NCBI GenBank assembly: GCA_043228905.1
Contig: JBHGNT010000004.1
Span: 7,006,001 to 7,070,000, forward strand
DNA length: 64,000 nucleotides
From: Azolla caroliniana
Taxonomy: Eukaryota > Plantae > Polypodiophyta
Reading direction: 5' to 3'
The position numbers were made by a program, and so were the translations under genes. Positions within the stretch are counted from its first letter, which is position 1. Each line of letters begins with the position of its first letter. Below are positions 38,881 to 49,613 of the stretch, in pieces. The notes under the pieces are model-generated. The model made no database searches, was not told the DNA's origin, and worked only from the letters and a program-made list of their open reading frames with translations.

Positions 38881-40212
38881 TATAATGAAAGTGTTGCCTC
38901 TACCTTTCTATATAGTTGTGGTTTGTTTTTCTTTTTTAAAGGATTTTCTTCAATAGTATTAAGAAAAAACGCCCGAAGGCTACAACTTGAACCTAGCTAC
39001 CAAGGAGTTTACGACATTTCTTATACAATGATGTAAAATACTCCGAGTACCAAATATCGAACTTTGTAGAAGATGTTTACATTTGTTGATATTCGAGAAA
39101 GAGTCCATGGAAGTCGATATTGCCATTGAGGCTCTTGAGTTGTGGTTTGTTTTTTGAAAGGTTATATTCCAATGAATTGAAGTCACCACTAGCAATGGGC
39201 ACGGTTTCGGCTCAAACCGAACCGAACCGTTAAACCGTGGCTTAACGGTTTATCGATTCAAAATTAAATAATGAGTTTGGTTTGGTTTAAAGAATGAAAG
39301 TTCGGTTTGGTTTCGGTTCGGTTCGGTTTAACATTTATCGGTTTATCGGTTTATTGGTTTTATCGGTTTAACGGTTTCTATTAATTTGGTTCGGTTTATA
39401 GGTTTATAGGTTCTTACCCTAGCCCTAAATTTTCAATTTTATAAATTATACCCTTCCTAAATTTTCTATTTTATAAATTATACCCTTCTTATTTTTACTA
39501 TGGACCTAATACTAGTTAGTAGTAGTAAGTACATACTACAAACTACAGTGTATCTACAGACAGACAGACACAACTATCGAACAGAAAGGATTCAGGAGGC
39601 GCACTACACAGGTGGCATTGTGTAGGCTGAGGCGGCAACCACCAATCACCACTTCATTGCTCTTCAGACTCCAGACTCTCCATAACACAGGTATGATCCA
39701 TAACACATGCTAAGTTTTTCCTTTTAGTTAACATGAAAAAATTGCAGTCTTCTCTTTGACTGATGAGTTGAAGATCATTTTAGACATGTATGAGAAGTAA
39801 ATCATGCTCTTGATGGTGGAATTTATTATCACATCGTTTTTAATAAATTGGATTGAAACCTTATCATTTCCGGGTTTCCTCTGCATTACATTTGTATAGT
39901 GCACCATAACATATAGTTCCATTGCATTTAATCGGTTTCTCACAAATTGGGCCGAACCCTTATCACTGTTCCCAATACTTTACTTTATATTTGTATTGTA
40001 TTGTGCAGCCAGAACTTCAGTGCATGGGATGTTAGTTTCATTGCGATTTACTGCTCTATGGAATTATTTATATATACAAGATTCCTCTTGACATTATCTT
40101 TATGCTTATTAGACTCGGGATTTGGCTTATGGTGCTTCATAAAATAGGTCCAAAATTCTCTCTCAGATTTAATTATAACTAAATTTGATTAAATCACATA
40201 ACATAACATCTT

Positions 40213-40670
40213 CCCTCACCTGCTTTTGAAAGGCCATTGGCAAGGAAATTATAAGTGTTTATGTTGGGCACTTCTCCCTTTTCTTTCATCATCTTAAATA
40301 ATGCAACATCTCCTGGTTTCTCTTCTTGCTAGAAGGAATAAACAAGAAGGTTACATATATACAAGTTTGTTAACAAAACATGCTGAAGCATCTTATCATA
40401 CATCCCATAAGCTTGCTTTGGAAACCCTGCTTTCACCAATGCATCAATCATTATGTTAAATGTATGGGAATTGGGAATACAGTCATATTTCTCCATCCTT
40501 TCAAAGGCTGTGACAGAAGCTTCAAGCATTCCAACATAAGCATAGACCCTGGCAATAGCTATGAAAGCATTCGGTATCAAACTAACTTGATCCTTAACTA
40601 TGTCTTCCATGAGAAATTCTATGGTCTTGAAATCCTTTGCCTCCCCAAGAATCTCAAAAAGCCACCAAGT
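40213..40670 (-). pseudogene. Captured P-type pentatricopeptide-repeat gene fragment inside the hAT
   Basis: PPR motifs ...FERMEKYDCIPNSHTFNIMIDALVKAG...MKEKGEVPNINTYNFLANGLSKAG, with an internal stop. Confidence 0.85.
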
Positions 40671-40864
40671 TGAGCTAACTTAGCAATGTAACAATGTATC
40701 TTTCTATGTTAACATGTCTATCTTTCTATGTTTGCCATTAGACATAATGGTTGTTTTACTGTTCTTAGCTAACTTAGCAAACTTTCTACTTCATTTATTT
40801 TTCTCATTATAATGTATTTGAAATGTGCTAATTGAGTTAATTGAATTTTATAGGACACCATAAA

Positions 40865-43004
40865 ATGGAATCATCATCTCAAACTGATGCTGCAATGAAC
40901 TCATCTTCAATTGATGTTAGTCGTGGGTCAACAAGTACCTCAAGAAAAAGGCTACGCACATCATGGACAGATGCTCACATCATATTTTATATGGATAATG
41001 GCACACCTCGACGACGATGCCATCATTGCCATGTTTGTTGGTCTTCTACAACATCCACAGGCACTATAGCCAAACATTTAGCAGAAAAGCATCGTTTATC
41101 AAGCGACCTAGACCAAAATTAAGGTATATCACAGCACATTCAATCTTCAATTGAGTCAGCTAGAGTATCTCATGTTTTAGAGAAGAAAATTGATGCTGCC
41201 ATCGTGAAGTATATTGTGAAGGGAACATTGCCCCATGCACATGTGGAATCACCTGAATTTAAGGAGTTCATGCAACAAATTGTACCTGGATATCAAGTAA
41301 AGTCAAGACGCACAATTAAGCGTTCTATCCTAGAAATGTATGTGGTGTTGCGTCGTCAGGTGATAGATTTGCTATCGAAATGCCAATCAAGATTTTCCAT
41401 AACATTTGATGGTTGGTCAAATAGTAGTTTGAAGGGCTTTTACTCAGTGACACTTCATTGGGTATGTCATGAAACAGCAAGGTCAAGGTCAATGTTATTG
41501 GATTTTGTGCATGTATTTCTAGGTGTTGGATCAGGGAAGCGTTGTGCACATGCCCTTTTTGCTCGACTTCGATCCTTTGATATTTCTAGTCGACTCTTAG
41601 CTACAATTTTTGATGGAGCGAGTGATGCACAAGTAGCTGCAAAAGAGTTGAGCATGTTGTTACAAGATGAGCATGGTAAGGAAATTTTGGCTCCATCACA
41701 TATGTTAAGATGTATGGTTCACACTTTTCAGTTGGGTATCAAGGCAGCATTAGAGGTTATCTCACCCTCAACAGAAAAGTTGAGAACAGTGCTCCATACT
41801 ATTAGATCTAGCAAGGTTCGAAGGGAAGTGTTTAGGAAGTATGCTAGGATGGTTGAGCATCATGAAAGGGAACCCCCAAGGCTCGATGTTGTTACAAGAT
41901 GGAATTCTACCTTGGAAATGTTTAGGCAATCTATCAAGGATAAAGATGTATTGAACTTTACAATTTCAGATTTAACAATATCAAGTGATTTCAATGGTAA
42001 TGTCTTGACCAGAGAAGATTGGAGTCACATACATGCCATGGCGGAATGGCTAGATACACCGGCCGAGGTTTCTACTTTTCTGGGAGGCTCAAGATATCCT
42101 ACATTATCACTAGCATCGCTAGCATATAATTGTTTACTAAATCATTGCAATCAATTTTTAGATTCTTCGCTTCCAGGATCATCTAGATTCACACAAGAGG
42201 TGCTTCAAAGAGCATCTGAGAACTGCTTGCAATATTTAATTAAGTATCAAGAATCGTTAAAGTCTATTCCATCTCGCATAGCAATGTTTCTTGATCCCAG
42301 GTAATGCTTACCTTTATATCGTACAATTATCATCATGATTTCTGATTTTTTATTTGAGTTTAAAACCGTTTTATTTGTTTGATAGATTGCCTCTTCCAAA
42401 TAATCATACAGAAAGAGAGTTAGATATTAAGTTGGTTGAAAGCATGATTGAGTCCCACTATCACTAGTTCTCGAGTGATGTTGAACCACCTTCGGCTTCA
42501 ACCACAATACATGAAAATGATAAGAATTCTAAAATTTGGACGTTAATGGGTGTAAATAATAAAAGACTTATTTCCGATTCACAGTCAGAAATTTAGCACT
42601 TTATGAGACTTCCTTCGGCTAGCACGGACAAGGATCCTTTACAATGGTGGAATGATAATAAATCGGCAATGCCTTCACTATATAGGATGGCATGTGATTA
42701 CCTCAGTATACCAGCATCATCAGTACCTGCTGAAGAGGCTAATTCGGCAGCAAAAATGACCTTTGATAATAGGATAAAACTACATTCATGCACTTTCAAA
42801 GCTGAAATGTGCGTTCGATCATGGATGAATGTTTTAAAAGAATGTAATGTTCAAATGTTAGATAATTTTCACATCAGTTATGCGGAACTAACAATGAATT
42901 TGGATGATCTTGTTGCTGAAGACGAGGTAATAGATTACATATCGCATGATAGTCAAAGGAAAATTAAGGTATGCATACTTGTTACTTGGTTGTTTTTTAT
43001 TTGA
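40865..43004 (+). pseudogene. hAT transposase (BED finger, catalytic core, dimerisation domain) with nonsense mutations
   Basis: CHHC...HLAEKH; SITFDGWS; RCMVH; DVVTRWNST; FLDPR then intron 42301 to about 42385; DPLQWW...YLSIPASSVPAE. Stops at 41120 and about 42465 and 42594. Confidence 0.92.
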
Positions 43005-44192
43005 GTCTTTACTTAAAGTATTTTTATTAATAATTACTTACTTGTTTTTATGTATTTTATATGTACAGGAATCATGTTGATTTTTGACATATTAACGACA
43101 ATAGTGGTTGCAATTGGAGATCTTCAAAGTCATTGTAATTTTTATTACATGTTGTTTACTATTTTGTTTTTAGTCGATTCTTTAAATTTGTTATTATGAA
43201 TTACTTAATTCTTTTGTATATTTTATACTTTCAGGAATCCCTTATTCAAATATTGGAAACAAAAAGCTGGATTAAGTTTACATATATGGTCCTATGGATT
43301 TGGAAAATTGGAACTCTATTATATGGATTGTTGTTCTTAATTGGAAATTTGGAACTCTATTGTATGGAATTTTGGAACTCTATTGTATGGATTTTTGTTA
43401 TCATTCCAAAAAACATTTATCTTTTTATGTAATATCTTATCATGTTTCACAAATTAACAATTTTCAGAAAATGTGTTGTGAATTTCTGTTATTTTATAGT
43501 GTTCTAGTCTTTGATTTGGTACAATTTATTGTTTCGTGTTGCTTGGATTATGTCAAAACCAATTTGGTTTGGTTTGGTTTTGATGTTTGATACACTGGTT
43601 TGGTTTTGATTTTTGGTAAACCGGTTCGGTTTTGTTCTACATTTTACATAAACGGTTTGGTTTTAAATGGTTTGGTTTCTCATACCTATTAAACGGTTTG
43701 GTTTAAATGGTTTGGTTTAAATGGCTTCAAATTTTTTAAATGGTTTGGTTTGGTTTGGTTTGGTTTCAAGGTCAAGAAACCGAACCGAACCGCGCCCATT
43801 GCTAGTCACCACCAGCACCTTCCTTGGAACTAGAGATAGGTAAAGGCTTAAAAGTTAACATGGATTTGAAGCTTTTGTAAGGAACCAAAAGAAAGAAAGA
43901 AGATTCTAAGAAAGAAAGAAGATTGAGAATGAGTGCGGGACAACTTTAAGAGAAGAAAAACCCCTACATACACACACACACACATATGTATGCATATCTT
44001 TTAGGTCTCTACCATTACATGGACATGGCATGCATATGCATGATGATGGGTTAGCCATCTATGTGGTGCCTCTTAGAAGACTGCTATACAATGTGTTCGC
44101 CTTCTCCCACTAGAGCTAGAGATCGTAGTTCATTTGTTTGTGTGAGTATTGTTGCCTATTTGTCCCTATTTATGTATCTCAAATTTTGTCTT

Positions 44193-45710
44193 TTAACTCT
44201 CTTCCGTTAAGTCGGTTGATGACGAGAGCTTCTGAATGGAAGACAATACTTGTTGAAGGGCTGTGTCTGGATCATTTTGGTTACTGATAAGGATCTCAGA
44301 GACCATTGCTGGGGTAATAGAGAGGTTGGGCGAGCTCGCCATGGTGTCTTCGATCTCTCGGAAGAGCACATGATCATGCCGAAGGTCGAGATAGTTCATG
44401 GACAGCTTCTTCACAACAGGGAAGGTGCAATAGGAGAGCAAGATATGCATGTCCATCCGACCAGGCCTGAGCAGGGCAGGGTCAAGCTTATCCTTATGAT
44501 TTGTTGTGAAGATGAAGATCCTCTCCTCCGCGTAACACGACCACAAGCCGTCGACGAAATTCAGGAACCCGGAGAGCGTAATCTTGCTGCTTTCTTTATT
44601 GGCCGGGGTTTCCATGGACTGAACACCACATCCTGTAGGTGTAAAAGCATTGGTGACTTCCTGCTCATTGCAAGGTTGGGTTTCAGGTCCGTCGGATCGT
44701 TTGCACAGTGAGACGGTGCAATCGATGTCTTCGACAATGATGATGGATTTGGGTGTAGTCCGCATGAGTAGGGATTTGAGCTCAGTGTTGTTCTCAACAT
44801 TAGAGAGCTCAAGGTCATAGATGTCGAAATGGAGATGGTTCGCAATGGCGGCAATCATGCTGGATTTTCCTGTACCAGGTGGGCCATAGAGGAGGTAGCC
44901 CCGCTTCCAAGCACGCCCATTTCGGTGGAAGTATTGCTTGTTTGAGGAGAAGAAATGGAGGTCATCCAGAATACGGCAGGAGAGGCCATCGGGGAGCACT
45001 AGCGTGTCGAAGGTGGAGGGATGATTGAAGGAGCTCCGATCCCAGGAATCATAGATGTTCGTGTGGATATAGAGTTGGGAGCTTTTGTGGCGGATGTCCG
45101 AGGCCAGTTTGGAGACATGGTGGAGGTAGGCCGGAATGATGGCGGCCCTGTGCTTGTGAGGGAAGCGCAAGGTAAAGCACCTTTGAGGAGCAAGCATTTC
45201 AGTGAAATTAAACTGGCCTCGGCCCCCGCCATTGTTGGACTCCGCAACTGCCGAGGTGTGGCGCCATGAAACCGAGATGCCATCAAATGTGTCGTGCACC
45301 ATCTCGTCCTCCGGCAAGGCGAAACAGAGATCGAACGGCCGATCCGATAACGCCGGTACCTTCTCATCGTCGTCATCGCCTCCGCCAGCCGCGGGCCGTC
45401 CCACTTTAAGACGAAGCAGAGAATCCGCGGACTTGGAGATGAGGGGAGAGAGGTATGTGCACACGTCTTCGTACAATGCATTGTTGATGTGCCTGTTGGC
45501 CCGGTGCATCGACAAGTTGTTGCCGCCGATGGACTTCTCATCCACCTCCACCTCCACAAACCGATCGCAGCCCGAGAGTAGCCACTTCCATAGGAGGTCG
45601 AGGTTGGTACCGAGCCAGTGTCGAGTGGACTGTGGCAACAAGCTTTGCAAGATGGCGTAGATGCCCATGAAGGAGTAGAACCTGTTGATCATGTTCTCCA
45701 TTGTAAGCAA
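44193..45710 (-). CDS. Intronless BCS1-like plant AAA ATPase (AATP1/ASD/OM66 family), 505 aa
   Basis: HPSTFDTL, GRAWKRGYLLYGPPGTGKSS (Walker A), IIIVEDID (Walker B), TLSGFLNFVDGLWS, LDPALLRPGRMDMHI; open frame. Confidence 0.96.
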   Translation of the reverse strand: MLTMENMINRFYSFMGIYAILQSLLPQSTRHWLGTNLDLLWKWLLSGCDRFVEVEVDEKSIGGNNLSMHRANRHINNALYEDVCTYLSPLISKSADSLLRLKVGRPAAGGGDDDDEKVPALSDRPFDLCFALPEDEMVHDTFDGISVSWRHTSAVAESNNGGGRGQFNFTEMLAPQRCFTLRFPHKHRAAIIPAYLHHVSKLASDIRHKSSQLYIHTNIYDSWDRSSFNHPSTFDTLVLPDGLSCRILDDLHFFSSNKQYFHRNGRAWKRGYLLYGPPGTGKSSMIAAIANHLHFDIYDLELSNVENNTELKSLLMRTTPKSIIIVEDIDCTVSLCKRSDGPETQPCNEQEVTNAFTPTGCGVQSMETPANKESSKITLSGFLNFVDGLWSCYAEERIFIFTTNHKDKLDPALLRPGRMDMHILLSYCTFPVVKKLSMNYLDLRHDHVLFREIEDTMASSPNLSITPAMVSEILISNQNDPDTALQQVLSSIQKLSSSTDLTEES

Positions 45711-48381
45711 CGCTCAACACTTCAAAAGGGACAAAACATACATATAGAGAGAAGGCGAAGGAATCCTAAGTCTTGAGAGTATGTGTGTATATTGGTCTCT
45801 ACTCTAAGCTCATGTGTGTGTACATACATATATACATGCATACATACATACATACACTATGTATACGCGTTCCCTTGAGTCTCAAGTCTCTGACTTCCTT
45901 TTAGGGTTAGTCCAATACCATGTTCTGTAACGTGCTTCTTACGATTGAAAACTTGCGGAATCATTATCAATTATTATTATATAGTGCTCTTCGTTGTTGC
46001 CATATGGTCGGCATTTTCTCCTTGAAGATGCAAATGGGGAGAATGCCTACACTTTTCGAGCGAATGGCTTCCGTGAAACAGTTCTTTTAAGGCAACAACT
46101 TGAACTTTTTACGATTATTTTATGCTAGTGCCAATGTCTGAGTATATGTTTCTTGAGACTCAAGAGGCTAGAGCTACCTTGTAAGCTTCTAGAATTTGTA
46201 AGAGTTACCAAGGCGTCTCACATGAATCCATTCAATGCTATATTTTATTTTTATTTTTATATTGACCAATCAAAAGGTTGTGTTTTTAACATGAGTATTG
46301 AGTAATAAAGCACATCACAAAAGCAATAAAGAATGTATAAAATTGAGTAAGAAAGTCATTAAGGTTTTAGTTTATCACCTAGAACAACTCCCCTAAGGCT
46401 GAATTTTTACATCATATTAGCAATTAGACAATCATGCAATTTAATGTATTTGGACAAATGCCGCACGCCCTATCCAGTAATGCCTATTTTCTGCAATAGA
46501 CAAGATTTTGAGCACTCTCGACTATTTGGACGGCCCGCAATAATAAGGTCTTTGATCGAAACCAACTGCATGAAGTTAGCTTCTTTAAGCAATCCCTTAG
46601 GCAATCTCTATTCGATTGTCTACAACTTAGTGACATCACACTACAAATTTACACACTTTAGTGATTCTAAGGTCTTTAGTGTCTAATCGACACTTGTATA
46701 TTTCTCTTTGTTCTTTGTGGGTTTTCACCTCACTTTGAGGTTTCCCACTAGTAATAAAGTGTGTTACTAAAGAACAAAGTGGCATATATCTAAATGGGAC
46801 CAATCTCACATGACTTTTCAAACTTATCATGTGTGGCTAGAATCTTCACACAAACAACTCATTGTCTTCTTGATACATTGCATAAACTATCTCATTTTAT
46901 TGTTGTTTATAATAATCCTAAAGCATTTGTATTCTTTTGATTCAGAAACACATGCACAAAAGGTGATCCATATAGAATAAATAAACAAAAAAAAAGAGTG
47001 GTATTGTGGATATACACAACTGTTGTTTTTGAAGTTTATTATTCTTAGGATAGAATGTACCGTTTTTGGCCTCAATTACCATTGCCTCTATATAAAGAGG
47101 TGTTCAATCCTCATGCACCCCTAGTATCTCATCTATCTCAACTCTCCATAGTCAATGATCTCCTATATGTGTGTTATGTATGAGTTTATCATCTATATTG
47201 TGGAGACATATCTGAAGGTATGAGGCCGATACCCTATGACTACATTTATCCTTGAGTCACTGGAAGAGCCTCACAAGAGGCAATCAATATTATCAAGTAC
47301 ATTAAAAAGAAATGCATTTCTCGAGAATTAGACCCCATGAAAATGAATTACTCTATAACGATGCTTGTTTGACACAAAGAATACATGGTCTAATCACTAT
47401 GACTCCACAAACCTTTCATCATCAAGGAAGCACATTGATTATCTTGACATCAATCAATGTAGAGGAATTTCTGAGCACGTCCAAAGGTTTTAATTTTTGT
47501 AGTGGATTTTTGAGTTAAAGAGCTAGGTTGTGCATACTAAAAAATCCACTACCGTACATTTTTTAGGCAAAGAGTTAGCTTGTGCTACTTGAATGTAATG
47601 AAATATAAATACTTGTATCATACAAGGGAACAAAACAAATTGAATGTCCACTACAAGATTACAAAGAGAGAGAATGATATATGAAATAAAACCTTCACAC
47701 TGAGGGGATTGCCCATCCCCAATGTGACTAAAGATCTTCTGTTATCTGAATATGTCGATGATACGATCCTTTTCTTGCAGGGCAATGATGCAAATTTGCA
47801 GCGAGCTGAACATCTTGTCGAGGACTTTTGTCAGGCAGCTGGTGCCAAGGTCAATTGGGATAAAACCCAAGGCCTCTGGTTTAGCGAACAAGAGAAGCCA
47901 AGGTGGCATCCTCATGCTGATTTTGCATGGGTCCCTGACGGGACGACATTCAAGTACCTCGGATTTACGATGGGGAGGGCAATCCCCAAGGGAGCGCAAT
48001 TGTCCCATGTGCAAGCCAAACTACGCAAGAAGTTGAACCAATGGAGCAAGTCTAAACTATCCTTTGCTGGTAGGGTTCTTATTGCGAACCAAGTGATGCT
48101 CGCCACCATGTGGCACTCAATCTCTTGCTGGATTATGGACCCTTCAAGTTTGCACGCGATTAATGTCAAGATTCGAACTCTTGACACGACCATGTTATAA
48201 TCTAGTATTATGAGTTAACCAAGATATCTAGTACTAGTTATGTATGTAATTGGTCCTTATTATTTTGCTAGCATCATGTGCATAGTTGCTCCCTTGTAGT
48301 ATTTACACTTGGCACATGCATGCATACCTACATGCTCTATTGTAGATTCACATGCGTGCAACAAGTATGCATGCCATGTAG

Positions 48382-48424
48382 TATAAATAGAGGAGTTCAC
48401 CTTGAATTCCTTCAAGGTGAACAA
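48382..48424 (+). promoter_or_regulatory. LTR TATA box and predicted transcription start near 48414
   Basis: TATAAATA at 48382-48389; the 11-mer complementary to the PBS starts 32 nt downstream. Confidence 0.7.
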
Positions 48425-48566
48425 CACCAGTTATGGAGTCTTTCCTTTAATACTATCTTCTTTCTTGTCCATTTGGTTATCTTCTTGCTTGTCTCTTGAG
48501 TTTATGATCCGTGACAGTTTGTTCACCTTCCCATCCTCATAGTTGTCCCTCTCATAAGCCATAGCT

Positions 48567-49613
48567 ATGTCCAACTCAACTAATGAGTTAGGCCAAATAA
48601 TGGTAGCCTTACGACAACTACAACTTGAAAATGAAGCTCTTCGAAATTCTTTACAAGAACTTCAAGTCGGTACCTCCCTATCCTCACAACCCCCGAACCC
48701 TAGTCTCCCACAACAACCTAGCCTAGAGCCCGATCTTCTACCAACATCTAGCCTAGCTTCGTCACAGTTTCTTGAGCCTAAGGTTAGCCTCCCAGAAAAA
48801 TTTGATGGAACGAGGTCGCGTTTCCGAGGGTTCATCAACCAAGTTCGACTTATCATTCGGCTACAACCTCAACGTTATGGAGATGGTCTTCGACAAGTCG
48901 GCCTTGTGGGCACCCTTCTCTCCGGTCCGGCCCAAGCTTGGTTTGCACCATTGGTAGAAACCTCATCACCTTTATTGGAGGACTTTCCCGCCTTCCTCGC
49001 CGAGTTAGAGGCCACATTTGGAGAGACGGACCGACGACGTACAACTCTTAACAAGATTTATGCACTCGAACAAGGTTCACGTGCAGCTTCGGTCTATGCT
49101 TCCGAATTTCGACAACTAGCATGCGACGTCAATTGTGATGATCAAGCTTTAGCTGATCACTTTCGGCGCGGTCTTCGAAGCAATGTCAAGAATCTTCTCT
49201 TAAACTTTCCGGAGCCCACCTCGTTATCCCAAGCGATTTCACAAGCAGTCCATTGTGACAATCGTCTTTTCGAATTTCGCCAAGAAGAGCGCCGGACTTG
49301 GGTTCCACCTCATTCACTTCCACGCCACGCTCCGGTCATACAACCCCAAGCATCCTCACACTCGCCTACTTCGGCAAATGCTCCTGTCCCCATGGAAATT
49401 GATCAAGCCCGATTTCGTCCATTGACTGATGCTGAACGACAATTTCGGCGGGCTAATGGCTTGTGCATGTATTGTGGCGCCTCCGGTCATGTCGTTCGCC
49501 ATTGTCCTAGGAGTACTCGCCCACAATTCCATCGAGCTAACAGACCCCAACATCCGGAAAACGACATCGCTCGATCACATTTAGCAAGCCAAGATGCTCG
49601 TGCAAAAGTATGA
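48567..49613 (+). CDS. gag: Chromovirus gag with CCHC knuckle
   Basis: [27 protein letters not shown]; open 348-aa frame. Confidence 0.9.
   Translation: MSNSTNELGQIMVALRQLQLENEALRNSLQELQVGTSLSSQPPNPSLPQQPSLEPDLLPTSSLASSQFLEPKVSLPEKFDGTRSRFRGFINQVRLIIRLQPQRYGDGLRQVGLVGTLLSGPAQAWFAPLVETSSPLLEDFPAFLAELEATFGETDRRRTTLNKIYALEQGSRAASVYASEFRQLACDVNCDDQALADHFRRGLRSNVKNLLLNFPEPTSLSQAISQAVHCDNRLFEFRQEERRTWVPPHSLPRHAPVIQPQASSHSPTSANAPVPMEIDQARFRPLTDAERQFRRANGLCMYCGASGHVVRHCPRSTRPQFHRANRPQHPENDIARSHLASQDARAKV

Larger units (their letters stand above)
39190..43804 (+). mobile_element. hAT-superfamily DNA transposon (4615 bp)
   Basis: 17-bp TIR TAGCAATGGGC(A/G)CGGTT; 8-bp TSD GTCACCAC (39182-39189 and 43805-43812); dense subterminal AACCG/CGGTT/GGTTT repeats. 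Confidence 0.97.

Noticed and set aside
39160-39189. GGDFN motif across the hAT empty site, suggesting a LINE endonuclease
   Set aside because: A single short motif with no supporting homology around it.
44250-45660. Overlapping antisense and alternate-frame ORFs in the AAA ATPase, and similar ones in TE pol genes
   Set aside because: Expected shadows of GC-rich coding sequence, with no recognisable domains.
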